A stretch of DNA of 62,165 nucleotides, counting the filler, from an uncultured virus (IMG/VR IMGVR_UViG_2049941000_000131) (Duplodnaviria; Heunggongvirae; Uroviricota; Caudoviricetes). It is 7 parts of one record of this genome, joined end to end, with 100 filler letters (N's around TTAATTAATTAA, not from the genome) between each part and the next. Parts side by side here need not be neighbours in the genome. Positions count along the whole stretch, not along the records: positions 4,713 to 20,155 come from IMGVR_UViG_2049941000_000131; 6 more parts are not named here. One strand, 5' to 3'. Both the position numbers and the translations under genes were made by a program. The notes under the pieces were generated by a model. It made no database searches, was not told the origin of the DNA, and was given only the letters and a program-made list of their open reading frames with translations. This document shows, piece by piece, positions 9,920 through 18,924 of this stretch. Within the stretch, counting starts at the first letter, position 1, and each line of letters begins with the position of its first letter.

Positions 9920-10406
9920 TTGTTTCAACTTCTTTCTTTATATTTTCTGTTTTGTTTTCATTCTTTTGAGAAATTTTTTCAAAAATCGATTTTAAATTTA
10001 AAATTTCTGCTGAAAATTCGTCTTTTACCGCTTGTAGTTCCGATTTCAGCGCATAGTCAGCCTTCGGTGCGTCTGCGCCTGTCTGTGTAGGTTGTGCCGT
10101 TTCCTCCTCCTTAACAAGTCGGAATTTTTCGAAGCGCGGACGATCAAGCTGTGAAAACCCCATCGTTTTTGTATAGCAATACGGTGCGTTTTCGTCAATA
10201 AATGTTACGCTATTCCCCGGCGCAACGGGATAGTTTCGCGCCACCGTTTCTGACGGAACGCTCACAAAGCCGCCGTTTTGAATTGTTGGTTGCTGCGTGT
10301 TCTGCACCTGCTGAAACGCCTGCTGATTCATCGGTGGAACATAATTCTGATACTGCTGATTGTACGCTATTTGCTGATAAGGCTGATAAAAGCTGTTGTA
10401 TGCCAT
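9912..10406 (-). CDS. Uncharacterised operon gene 2 (Gln/Tyr/Pro-rich N-terminus)
   Basis: AAGGAG RBS; ARNYPVAPGNSVTFIDE...Y.K core. Confidence 0.8.
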   Translation of the reverse strand: MAYNSFYQPYQQIAYNQQYQNYVPPMNQQAFQQVQNTQQPTIQNGGFVSVPSETVARNYPVAPGNSVTFIDENAPYCYTKTMGFSQLDRPRFEKFRLVKEEETAQPTQTGADAPKADYALKSELQAVKDEFSAEILNLKSIFEKISQKNENKTENIKKEVETNA

Positions 10407-10408
10407 TG

Positions 10409-10789
10409 TCAAAGCTCCTTTGTGTAGTAATAAATCGGCATTTCTTCCCCTGAATTCCATGAATCATAGTAATTGCCGTCAACAACCGTCACGGCATGCT
10501 TCCCGGTCCCAAGAATGTAAGTGCCGATCGGGTAATCTCTTGCAAAGTCTGCAATAGTGTAACAATACGGGCATGTATTTGGCAAAATGTATCTTCTAAA
10601 CCCTTTTTTTCTTAAATATGTATCCCATACGCCGTTTGAGTTTCCCCAATCTCCCGAATAATATCCTTCAAGCGACAACCCAGCAAAAACGCTTTCCCAG
10701 CTTTGCCCTGTCGCTTTTGTTATCGCTCTAATTACGCAATCTCCAGCGTATTCGTTTCCTCGGGGATTTGGGTTGTATTTTTTCCACAT
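10409..10789 (-). CDS. Uncharacterised operon gene 1, putative papain-fold cysteine peptidase
   Basis: GDCVIRAI ... HAVTVVDG.YYDSW gives a candidate Cys-His-Asp triad. Confidence 0.65.
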   Translation of the reverse strand: MWKKYNPNPRGNEYAGDCVIRAITKATGQSWESVFAGLSLEGYYSGDWGNSNGVWDTYLRKKGFRRYILPNTCPYCYTIADFARDYPIGTYILGTGKHAVTVVDGNYYDSWNSGEEMPIYYYTKEL

Positions 10790-10821
10790 TTTAATCACAC
10801 CATTTTAAGCATTCTAATTAA

Positions 10822-10890
10822 AGTATAAAAGAAAACGGCACTTTCCGAAATGACGAAAAGTGCCGTTAAAAGTACGCAAAAAGTGCAAAA
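10822..10890 (-). promoter_or_regulatory. Putative activator-dependent promoter of the operon
   Basis: Three G(C/T)ACTTTT direct repeats at 11-12 bp spacing, an inverted copy, then a TATACT -10 with no consensus -35. Confidence 0.5.
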
Positions 10891-10891
10891 A

Positions 10892-10917
10892 TAAACGCCC
10901 CATAACGGAGCGTTTAT
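10892..10917 (-). terminator. Intrinsic terminator after GNAT gene
   Basis: TAAACGCTCC-gttat-GGGGCGTTTA then T-tract. Confidence 0.7.
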
Positions 10918-10981
10918 GATGTTTAAGCTGTAATCAATACCATTCTATCGGACAAATTGTAAGTTAGGTCAGCTGTTTTTC

Positions 10982-11338
10982 TTAGATTGAATATATTCCG
11001 TAACCCTGATCCATATAGTCGAGACCATAAGCGTTATAGCCTGCCACTCCAAGTCTCTCGTAAAGTCTTTGTGCGTCAGCGTTGTCGGGTGCAACAACAA
11101 CAAATAAGTAATGAAATTCCTCTCGTAGAACACATGTAAGGACTTTACTGCCGATACCCTGATTTCTGTATGCTTCTTCGATGTCGATTCTTTCAATATA
11201 ACATACGTCGTTGTACTCATTGAAGTTATCGATAATTTCTATCGTGCCAACTGTTGCCCCATCTACTACGATTTCATATCCCGTGCGATCGTATTCTTCT
11301 TCATAAAAATGCTCTCTCATCATAATCTCTTTAGCCAT
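10982..11338 (-). CDS. GNAT-family N-acetyltransferase
   Basis: IDIEEAYRNQGIGSKVL (motif A); N..AQRLYERLG (motif B). Confidence 0.88.
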   Translation of the reverse strand: MAKEIMMREHFYEEEYDRTGYEIVVDGATVGTIEIIDNFNEYNDVCYIERIDIEEAYRNQGIGSKVLTCVLREEFHYLFVVVAPDNADAQRLYERLGVAGYNAYGLDYMDQGYGIYSI

Positions 11339-11355
11339 AATCTTGCTTCCTTTCT

Positions 11356-11379
11356 GGTTCTGTCGGTTTTCCTTCCCTT
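11356..11379 (-). repeat. 24-bp leader repeat (second copy 12030..12053)
   Basis: ggttctgtcggttttccttccctt identical upstream of two unrelated genes. Confidence 0.9.
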
Positions 11380-11402
11380 TGATGACTTTATTATACTATG
11401 CG

Positions 11403-11591
11403 TTAACCCTGCTTTCTGTTCTTTACCATATCATCCCTGATAAGTTTTTTTATATAACCCATTTTTGATGATACGGTTTCAAGGTGCGATAAGATGTCCG
11501 CATCCGTCTTGAAATTTAATCTTACGGGGATAACTTTTGTTTTTTCTTTGTTAAACTTGTTGACGGCTTTGATCTCGCTTTCTGTTGCCAT
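11403..11591 (-). CDS. Small ribbon-helix-helix-like DNA-binding protein
   Basis: VRLN..TDADIL..L....SK.GYIKKLIRDD pattern. Confidence 0.65.
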   Translation of the reverse strand: MATESEIKAVNKFNKEKTKVIPVRLNFKTDADILSHLETVSSKMGYIKKLIRDDMVKNRKQG

Positions 11592-11666
11592 TCAATCACC
11601 TCTTTTTCTCTATCCATTTTTCTACATCAACACAGATTATTAATATTCATTTTTTTGTTCGTTGGA

Positions 11667-12014
11667 TTAAAAATTGTAGGATGCTAAAAAGCTGTTAATA
11701 ACGCTCATATATGCGTCGTGACGGTTTCCGCAATACTCTTTCGTGTCGATGTCGATATAACCAATCTTACCCCACTTTGATTCATTGATGTAAATTCTGC
11801 GCTTGCCGTACTTTTCCCAACGGTTAAATGACCATACCTGATTTCTGCTCATGCCCTCGATTACTATTACTTCGTGATCGCCAAACTCTTTTTTCTCGTT
11901 AGCTGCCTTAATCTCTGCCCATGCTCTACGAAGTGCCATGCTCAACTTTGTGCGTCTATCGCCTGTGAGTGTTCTGTAGATTTCCCATGCTCTTGTCATA
12001 ACTGCTTTTTTCAT
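11667..12014 (-). CDS. Hypothetical moron protein
   Basis: KAVM.RAW.I...LS.ALR.AW..K motif; own promoter. Confidence 0.75.
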   Translation of the reverse strand: MKKAVMTRAWEIYRTLTGDRRTKLSMALRRAWAEIKAANEKKEFGDHEVIVIEGMSRNQVWSFNRWEKYGKRRIYINESKWGKIGYIDIDTKEYCGNRHDAYMSVINSFLASYNF

Positions 12015-12064
12015 AATCTTATCTCCTTCGGTTCTGTCGGTTTTCCTTCCCTTATATTGATTAT

Positions 12065-12093
12065 ATTATAACATAAGTATATACTAATGTCAA
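12065..12093 (-). promoter_or_regulatory. sigmaA consensus promoter
   Basis: TTGACA-17-TATAAT with extended TG. Confidence 0.85.
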
Positions 12094-12172
12094 CGCTTTT
12101 TTTTAGATTTCTTGATAAATTAATGTACAAAGATTTAATTGAATTTTTGTATAAAATAACAAGAGCAGGGCA

Positions 12173-12397
12173 TCAGCCCTGCTCTAATGTTTTTACAAAT
12201 TTTATGATTAAGTCATCGTGCTTATAAACTATTGATTTTATATTTCTTTCTGGGTAGTCGTATTTGTCGGAGAGTTCTGAGAAGGTCAGCCCGTTGCAAT
12301 ATCGGTCAATCAAAATCGGCCTATGTGTCATTTTGTGGCAATATTTTTCAACAAAAACGCAAAAATCATCAGAATTAAAAACAGCGTTTATTTTCAT
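12173..12397 (-). CDS. Small sigma70 region-4-like HTH protein
   Basis: R.ILIDRYCNGLTFSELSDKYD.PERNIKSIVYK. Confidence 0.7.
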   Translation of the reverse strand: MKINAVFNSDDFCVFVEKYCHKMTHRPILIDRYCNGLTFSELSDKYDYPERNIKSIVYKHDDLIIKFVKTLEQG

Positions 12398-12519
12398 GTT
12401 TTTCGAATCCTCACACGTCCATCTCCGCCGCAGTTAGGGCATTTCTTATAACCTGTATCGCCGCCTGTTTTTTTACGGCGTTTTTTAATTCGTGTTCGTG
12501 TTACTGTTTGTCGTGCCGT
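12394..12519 (-). CDS. 41-aa basic peptide with CxxCxGxG motif (ACG start)
   Basis: ARQTVTRTRIKKRRKK...KKCPNCGGDGRV; its TGA overlaps the next ATG (ATGA); GGTGA RBS. Confidence 0.5.
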   Translation of the reverse strand, partial: TARQTVTRTRIKKRRKKTGGDTGYKKCPNCGGDGRVRIRKT

Positions 12520-12781
12520 AGTAATCACCGCCTATAAAATCGCCACTAAACGTGTTATTGCCATTGCCATTTCCTGTATCTTGCGTTACTGTTTCTGTAG
12601 TCGTCACAACATCTTCATATTGCATATCTCGCCATATCAAAAAGCCTATAACAGCAATAAGAACAAGAATTAAAATCCAAAGTCTTCTATTTGTATGGTC
12701 AAGCCTTGCAATAGCCGCCTCATATGCAACATAAGGTATAGGATCATTTGGTTGTATTGTCATCGTTTCCGGTTTCGTCAT
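12485..12781 (-). CDS. Single-pass membrane protein
   Basis: RRLWILILVLIAVIGFLIW hydrophobic helix. Confidence 0.75.
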   Translation of the reverse strand: MTKPETMTIQPNDPIPYVAYEAAIARLDHTNRRLWILILVLIAVIGFLIWRDMQYEDVVTTTETVTQDTGNGNGNNTFSGDFIGGDYYGTTNSNTNTN

Positions 12782-12989
12782 AGTCTGACCCCTCTTTCTC
12801 AATTTTCCCTTTTGCGACTTTCAACATTCGTGCAATCCACCGCGGAAAACTTTCTGGGTTAATAAGATAAAGATTTTCGGAAATAGAAATAGCCTCGGCA
12901 ACAAGAACAATGAATAATCCATACTGCCCGAAAAACGTTGCTAAACCGCCCAGAATTACGCTCCAGAGCCATTTAAACCAGTTGTCCAT
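12744..12989 (-). CDS. Phage holin family 4-like protein, apparently internally deleted
   Basis: N-terminal GG..TFFG helix joined directly to the C-terminal EAISISEN...P.W motif. Confidence 0.55.
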   Translation of the reverse strand: MDNWFKWLWSVILGGLATFFGQYGLFIVLVAEAISISENLYLINPESFPRWIARMLKVAKGKIEKEGSDYDETGNDDNTTK

Positions 12990-13062
12990 ATAATTTCAGC
13001 TCTTTGAGTTTTAAACGCTCTACGGCTAAATCTGAGCGAAATAGCCGCAAAATTTTATGTTA

Positions 13063-13437
13063 TCATTTATTGTTTGTGCCGAGAACGTTCCTTTCAATCC
13101 TGTCCTCAACTCTGCGATTCAGCCACATAAGTGCCTCCTCGATATGAGTTAGAGCACAGGCATTCTCACGGCAAGAAAACTCGCCGCTTTGAAAACCCTT
13201 TAGGCGGTCTCTAACAATTTCAAGCAAATCTGTATCAAGTACGCCGTAAACGCTGTCAGGAAGATTTCTTGCGCCGTTTTGAAAATGGATTACTTCCTGA
13301 AAGATACCCATATCATTTTCGTCAATAGGCAAACCTACAACATTGTACTGATGATTTGCCCCGCCGTTGCCTTTTTCACCAATAGCATAGACCTTGTTAA
13401 GTTTTTCTCTCTTCTGAATTGTGTTAAGTTCTCTCAT
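13063..13437 (-). CDS. tad1: Tad1 anti-Thoeris nucleotide sponge
   Basis: [13 protein letters not shown]...[57 protein letters not shown], recognised as close to Clostridium Tad1. Confidence 0.9.
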   Translation of the reverse strand: MRELNTIQKREKLNKVYAIGEKGNGGANHQYNVVGLPIDENDMGIFQEVIHFQNGARNLPDSVYGVLDTDLLEIVRDRLKGFQSGEFSCRENACALTHIEEALMWLNRRVEDRIERNVLGTNNK

Positions 13438-13454
13438 TTTATAAAACCTCTTTC

Positions 13455-14514
13455 TTATTTCATCAGCTCATTGACCTTAGCTTGTACAGCGTTATAATCA
13501 TATCCTGCCTTTTCGAGAGCCGTCTTTCTCTCAGCTCCGGCACCCCATTTTCCGGCAATAACTTCTTTTGCGATCTCTGTAACAGACTTCTTTACGGTTC
13601 CGTTTGTAGCAATAAAGCAATCTTTAAATCCTGCCTGCTTTACCTTTTCNNNNNNNNNNNNNNNNNNNNNNNNNNNNNNNNNNNNNNNNNNNNNNNNNNN
13701 NNNNNNNNNNNNNNNNNNNNNNTTAGCCTTGACATTAAACAGCTGTATATCTGCATTTGACTTTTCAGAAAACGCACCTATCTGAACACGATATAGTGTT
13801 TTGTTTGCTGTCGAGTTAGTCGATGAATTTTCCGTTTTAGTCGTTGTATTAGTCGAGGACGTACCGAGAATTGCATTTACTTTGTCTGCAATCTCTCCAT
13901 GTCTGCTATATAAATATGTACCAGGGCAAGACCGCTGATTTGAAAACCAACGATGTACTGTCATGTTCTGCTTATCAACTTGACCAATTAACGACGGGTC
14001 ACCTTTCCACAGTAGCTTCTTGATACCGTTACGCTTGCAAATATCCGCTACCAGCTTAATCAAAGTATTGTAAGCCGCAGATGTAACCGAATAAGGCTCG
14101 GTNNNNNNNNNNTGGATCGCCTTTCCACAGCAGCTTCTTGATACCGTTACGCTTGCAAATATCCGCCACAAGCTTAATCAAAGTATTGTAAGCCGCAGAT
14201 GTAACCGAATAAGGCTCGGTCGTGCCGCTTGCTACTTCAATTGTCACTGCTCTGTTGTCGTTCTCATACGATGAAGAACACCAGGACGCGTCCTTTTCCT
14301 CAACATACATACCAACCCTGCCATCGGGCCCTATGCCGTAATTAGAACTCGCTTGTCTTGATGACGGAGCAAAAACGTTACCAAGTGTTTCAACAGACAG
14401 CTGACCAACAACACAATGAATTGTTATCGTGTCAATAACATGATTTCTCGGACTGTATCTGTTTGGGGAAATACATACATAATCAACTAAAGAACTGTTA
14501 CTCATTATTATCAA
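13455..14514 (-). CDS. Endolysin: Amidase_2 + SPOR + CW_7 domains (two overlapping variants, gapped)
   Basis: [30 protein letters not shown]...[37 protein letters not shown]. Confidence 0.88.
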
Positions 14515-15247
14515 TCTNNNNNNNNNNGTTCGGTTTCCCTTGCTGTGATTTTATTATAACACGTTTTATGTTAGCTGTCAACGATAAACTAACATTTTTT
14601 ATGATAGATAAACGTAAAATTTATGTCACTACTTTTGTACAAGTTGCATAATTAATGTTATATGACGGCATTATTCTAAAATATCGCCTTGACAACTAAC
14701 ATTATTTATGATACCATTAATTATAGGNNNNNNNNNNTACGGATTTTTTCAGCCGTGTCGCTGTTGTTGAATTGCATGAAAACAACTCTCTTATTTCGGC
14801 ATTGTTGATTTCTGTCTTTGTGTAGTACAGCTCCAATGCTTTNNNNNNNNNNTTGTGTCTTGTTCTTTTGACGCAGTTAGCAGGAAAATTTGCCAAAAAG
14901 ACGTGTGTCGCTAAGATATTAAACAGGCTCTCAGCCATTCAAAGAACCTCTTTTGACCTGCCACGCATTGTAAGTTCTCTTAAACAAAACTTCTTTCAAA
15001 TCTTTCATTCTGAACCTCCTGTTATGTATTGTGATAACCGTGAGGGTCTTCACCTCTGCTTACAAGTACATCACGCAAACATTTCAGATTAAGATACCCC
15101 GGAATAGGCTGACCGCCATTCACTGCCGACCAAATATGGTTCTTAATTTCGTTTGTTGACATCTTGTTTGCCTTATCGAAGTCGTAATATCCTCCGTGTC
15201 TTTCATCGTTAGGAAACATCTTCTCTATTGTCATACTNNNNNNNNNN

Positions 15248-15561
15248 TCTTCCTGCACCGGATCATATCCTAAAACTTTTTCCTGTCTGCCCAAAAGGTC
15301 AACAGACAAAGCGTTCCATTTATCTTCATCGTATTCATAATCACTTGTAATTTCGTCTATGCCCATCATTATTTCATCTGCTCCAATTGCAAGCTCGGTA
15401 AATAATTCCGCATACTGATAGTAATATTCGCTTTCGTTTGGCGTGTCGTAGCCGAATACATCACCGTTACCGGCTATTTCATCAAGCATGCTGTAGATAT
15501 CAAACAGGTTTAAGCTCGCAAGCATTGATTTTTTCCACAATGGCGTTTCGCTTTGTTTCAT
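15248..15561 (-). CDS. Acidic hypothetical protein (3' truncated)
   Basis: ORF coupled to 15558..15779. Confidence 0.6.
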
Positions 15562-15779
15562 TCCAACTCCACCTTCCCCGAGAAACTAAGGTCAATCGCT
15601 TTGCAGACAATTTCCTTAATCTCTTCTATACTGCTGTTCTCGTTAATCCTGACTTTGACTTTGATATCAGGTTCAACAACAACCTGCACAAAGCCCTCCG
15701 GTTTCTTATTGTCTTCGGGAAAAGCAAACTCTTTGAGCGCTTTAAAGACAGCTTTCACACCGTCAATAAACTTACCCAT
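15558..15779 (-). CDS. Hypothetical protein
   Basis: GGGGGG RBS, overlapping stop/start. Confidence 0.65.
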   Translation of the reverse strand: MGKFIDGVKAVFKALKEFAFPEDNKKPEGFVQVVVEPDIKVKVRINENSSIEEIKEIVCKAIDLSFSGKVELE

Positions 15780-15918
15780 GTTATGTATTCCCCCCCTTAA
15801 ATCTCCTCGGCTTCGTTGTCTGAGGTGCTGTTAATCATATCAATACCTATTTCAGGCAGTATGAAATTGATGCTGCTGTTGTCTTCCGTGAGCTTGTCAA
15901 GCTCGGCGAATAAATCGT

Positions 15919-16284
15919 TCATTGGTTTTCCTCCATTCTGTATTCAATCCTGTATTCAGGTGAAAACCAAACGTCCTGTATTGCTTTTATAACATCGTGC
16001 TGAGGTACAATCCTGTGTTTTCCACATTTGCCGGAACATTCGAATTTTCCGCATTTACTGCAATAGAAGTACTTTGAAGATGTTCTGTAATATGCCATAA
16101 AGGTACAATATTTGATTTTCTTGTATTCTATCGCAAACCAGTATGCGCCCCCGGTTATGCAGCGATCCAGATCAAATATGCTGTAGTCCGTGATTACAAC
16201 ACTTCCACCGAGAGCCATACTGTTAAACAGTCCGTCAATTACGATCCTGTGTTTAAGCTCGTCCTGAGCGTTTCTGTAGCCCAT
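15919..16284 (-). CDS. Hypothetical protein with Cys cluster
   Basis: CSKCGKFECSGKCG. Confidence 0.6.
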   Translation of the reverse strand: MGYRNAQDELKHRIVIDGLFNSMALGGSVVITDYSIFDLDRCITGGAYWFAIEYKKIKYCTFMAYYRTSSKYFYCSKCGKFECSGKCGKHRIVPQHDVIKAIQDVWFSPEYRIEYRMEENQ

Positions 16285-16308
16285 TGTACTAATCCCCTTT
16301 CTATGCAG

Positions 16309-16575
16309 CTATATCAATTTTAACTGCCTTAATTTTTTCAGTCTTTCTTCGTATTCCTCGATGTTCAGTCCCCACACCTTAAAAGCAATGCTTGTATTTA
16401 CGGTACTTGGATTCCAACTCGGGATCCCATTTGCCGCCATGTATTCTTGAACCCTCTTTTTATACTCAGTCGCTGTGCGTCCCGAACATTCAAAGAATTC
16501 TTTGATATCACTGGATGAAAGTTCAGGCTTGCCATAATATGTGTAAACGACTTTTTCTGTGTCGGGTACTTTCAT
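16309..16575 (-). CDS. Small putative DNA-binding protein (homolog fragment at 14738..14842)
   Basis: YY.K.E....I.E.F.C...TAT..KK.V in both copies. Confidence 0.65.
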   Translation of the reverse strand: MKVPDTEKVVYTYYGKPELSSSDIKEFFECSGRTATEYKKRVQEYMAANGIPSWNPSTVNTSIAFKVWGLNIEEYEERLKKLRQLKLI

Positions 16576-16873
16576 GGGTTATCCCTCCTCTTCGTCTGTC
16601 TGCCACTCCCATTCCTCGTAATCCGTAACAAGATTACAGCGGTCTATCTGCTCATACAGTGCNNNNNNNNNNCCTGTCCTGTGAGCAAGCTCCAATTGTG
16701 TGATATTTCCTTCTTCTCTTGCTTTTTTTAGTATTTTTGCAAATTCTTGTCTATTCATTGACTTTCACTCTCTTTTTGTGATATAATAATAAAGTGAATT
16801 GTTATTCACAATAGTTTATTAACAAGTGTGTGGCTATTACATAAATATCTTTAAGAAAGTGAGGTGAATTGCT

Positions 16874-17077
16874 ATGAATATGATTCCTGTTTCTTCTTCT
16901 AATCTTAGTAGTGTTGGTTATGAGAATAATACTTTGTATGTTTCTTTTAATCACGGCGGTACATACTCTTATTCGGGTGTTCCTTATAGTGTATACGAAA
17001 ATCTATTAAACGCTCCGTCTAAGGGTCAGTACTTCGCAAGAAACATTAAGAATGTATATCCCTTTAAGAAGCTTTAA
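16874..17077 (+). CDS. KTSC-domain protein
   Basis: MIPVSSSNL.SVGYE..TLYV.F..G..Y.Y.GVP..VY..LL.A.SKG.YF...IK..Y; promoter TTGACT-18-TATAAT at 16758-16787. Confidence 0.92.
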   Translation: MNMIPVSSSNLSSVGYENNTLYVSFNHGGTYSYSGVPYSVYENLLNAPSKGQYFARNIKNVYPFKKL

Positions 17078-17220
17078 TCAATAACAATCAACACGATTGC
17101 AGAGCCTTCAACCTCAACTTTGAGTGTTTCGTAAGGTTCTGCAATTTTTTCTGTTACGCCCTCACGAGTTCTCAATTCTGCCACAAGCTGTGCTGTAGAG
17201 TATTCTTTGAGTTCTTCCAC
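17074..17220 (-). CDS. Small conserved phage protein (BC1881-like)
   Basis: LKEYST.QLV.EL..REGV....EPY.....V.G.AIVL.V.D. Confidence 0.6.
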   Translation of the reverse strand: MEELKEYSTAQLVAELRTREGVTEKIAEPYETLKVEVEGSAIVLIVID

Positions 17221-17252
17221 CGTCCTCACCTCCTCTCGGGTCTTTCGGGCGG

Positions 17253-18050
17253 TTAGGCGGACTTCTTTGTCTGCTCTTGCTCTATTGTTGGGAGAATATC
17301 CTTACTCTTAAGCAAATCATAAATAAACAATCTGCCTTTCTGTGTCCACTTTGTTTCCATAGTGACATCGGGTGTGCCGTCCTTGCGTGTAATGTTGATT
17401 GTCTTAGAATGAGTGTAGCCTTTGTCGTGATAGTCGGCATACAGCAGCCACTGTCCGCTCTGCTTGTACTGCACGTGTAAATCTTCCAAAATCTTGTTCA
17501 TCTTACGACCGCTCATACCGTAATCTTTAGCAATCTGAGTAATTGTTACAAGTCCCTTATTGCTCAAAATTCTGTCTGTGTAGTCGGCTCTCGGTTTAAG
17601 TTCTCCGATTATCTGTTTCTGCTGTGCGTTCTCGGTTTCAAGCAGCTTTCTTTTCTCTCGTTCCTCTTTAAGAGCCGTAAGAGCCTGAATCATAAAATCA
17701 GGATTGTTAAGAAGTTCTTCCGTTGCGTAAAGTCCGTGCTTGCGAATCGAGGGCAGTACCTCAGATGTTACCCAACGCTTAAACTCCTTTGCTGTTGGGA
17801 GCTTGCTTGAAAGGATAAGACTGTACAAGCCGCTTTCGTTGATGATAGTCAATTCCTGACTTCCTCCAAGGGTGTCGCAATTTGCTACCCCCTTGTCTTC
17901 GGAATCAACGTGCTTCTTGAGTGCGTCCCTCGGATTACTGTAACCAAGTACCTCAGCTACGTCTTTACCCACAAACCACGGTTCGCTGTTAATCTCAATT
18001 GTTCGGATACTACCGAACTGCTCGTTCTCAAAAATTTTCAAATCATTCAT
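17253..18050 (-). CDS. Phage antirepressor (BRO-N + KilA-C/ANT)
   Basis: EPWFVGKDVA..LGY, INESGLYSLILSSKL..AK.FKRWVTSEVLPSIRKHG; TQIAKDYG...WTQKGR. Confidence 0.93.
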   Translation of the reverse strand: MNDLKIFENEQFGSIRTIEINSEPWFVGKDVAEVLGYSNPRDALKKHVDSEDKGVANCDTLGGSQELTIINESGLYSLILSSKLPTAKEFKRWVTSEVLPSIRKHGLYATEELLNNPDFMIQALTALKEEREKRKLLETENAQQKQIIGELKPRADYTDRILSNKGLVTITQIAKDYGMSGRKMNKILEDLHVQYKQSGQWLLYADYHDKGYTHSKTINITRKDGTPDVTMETKWTQKGRLFIYDLLKSKDILPTIEQEQTKKSA

Positions 18051-18491
18051 CTAAATTACCTCTTTCCAATAGAAACTGCTGTATCGTTCTTGTCCGAATA
18101 ATTCTGCAAACGCTGTATGTTTTGAAGCAACGCAAAACACATATTCATCATAGCGTCAATCAATGCTTTGTCCGAAGTTGACAAATTGTCGTAAAGCTCG
18201 GCAGCGTTCCTGATGTCGGTACTTCTTGAATACTCTTTGTTTTTCATAAATATCAATCCTTTCTTTTTTTATTCCCCCGTCATGCCGTTAGGTCAGCGTT
18301 AAAAAATTAGATTCTGTCCAATGCTTTGGTTGCATCTTTAACCATAAACATTATAGCGTCATGCTGCTCTTCTTCTGTAAGGCTGTTCCATTTCTCGGCG
18401 CCCATAATTTCAATGTATGCAGCTTTCATCATTTCTACCATTTTATCAATATTTGTCATTTTTGTATTCTCCTNNNNNNNNNNGTAATTAT

Positions 18492-18622
18492 ATTATACAC
18501 CCATTTGTACACTTTTTCAAGTTGGAATTATGCACAATCTTTCGTATATAATTTTATTCAAAATGCACATTTGACGTATATTGCTAAAAATGATATTGAC
18601 CTTTTCACCCATTTGTGCTAAT
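18492..18622. promoter_or_regulatory. Divergent lysis/lysogeny promoters with candidate operator CACCCATTTGT x2
   Basis: Minus TTGAAA-17-TATAAT and plus TTGACC..; 11-bp repeat at 18498 and 18606 lies in each spacer. Confidence 0.55.
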
Positions 18623-18628
18623 ATATAA

Positions 18629-18924
18629 ATGGAGGTGATTGCTTTGATTGACAATTCAGAACAATTAAAAAAAATCAGAAAAGAAAAAGGACTGACAATA
18701 CAAGCTGTTTGTGATGGTGCAGGAATTTCTGTTCGTACATATCAAAATTACGAATACGGAAAAAGAGAAATAAGCAGTGAAGCACTTTATAAATTGGCAG
18801 ACTTCTACGGAGTAACAACCGACTATCTCTTAGGACGTGAACCACAACCGAACCCACTTGCAATGCTGAACATAAGTGTCAATGATAAAAAGTTTATTGA
18901 GATTTACAACGAGCTTTCCGATTT
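18629..18924 (+). CDS. XRE-family (CI-like) repressor, truncated
   Basis: LKKIRKEKGLT...GIS.RTY.NYE.G.RE...L.KLADFYGVTTDYLLGR. Confidence 0.85.
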
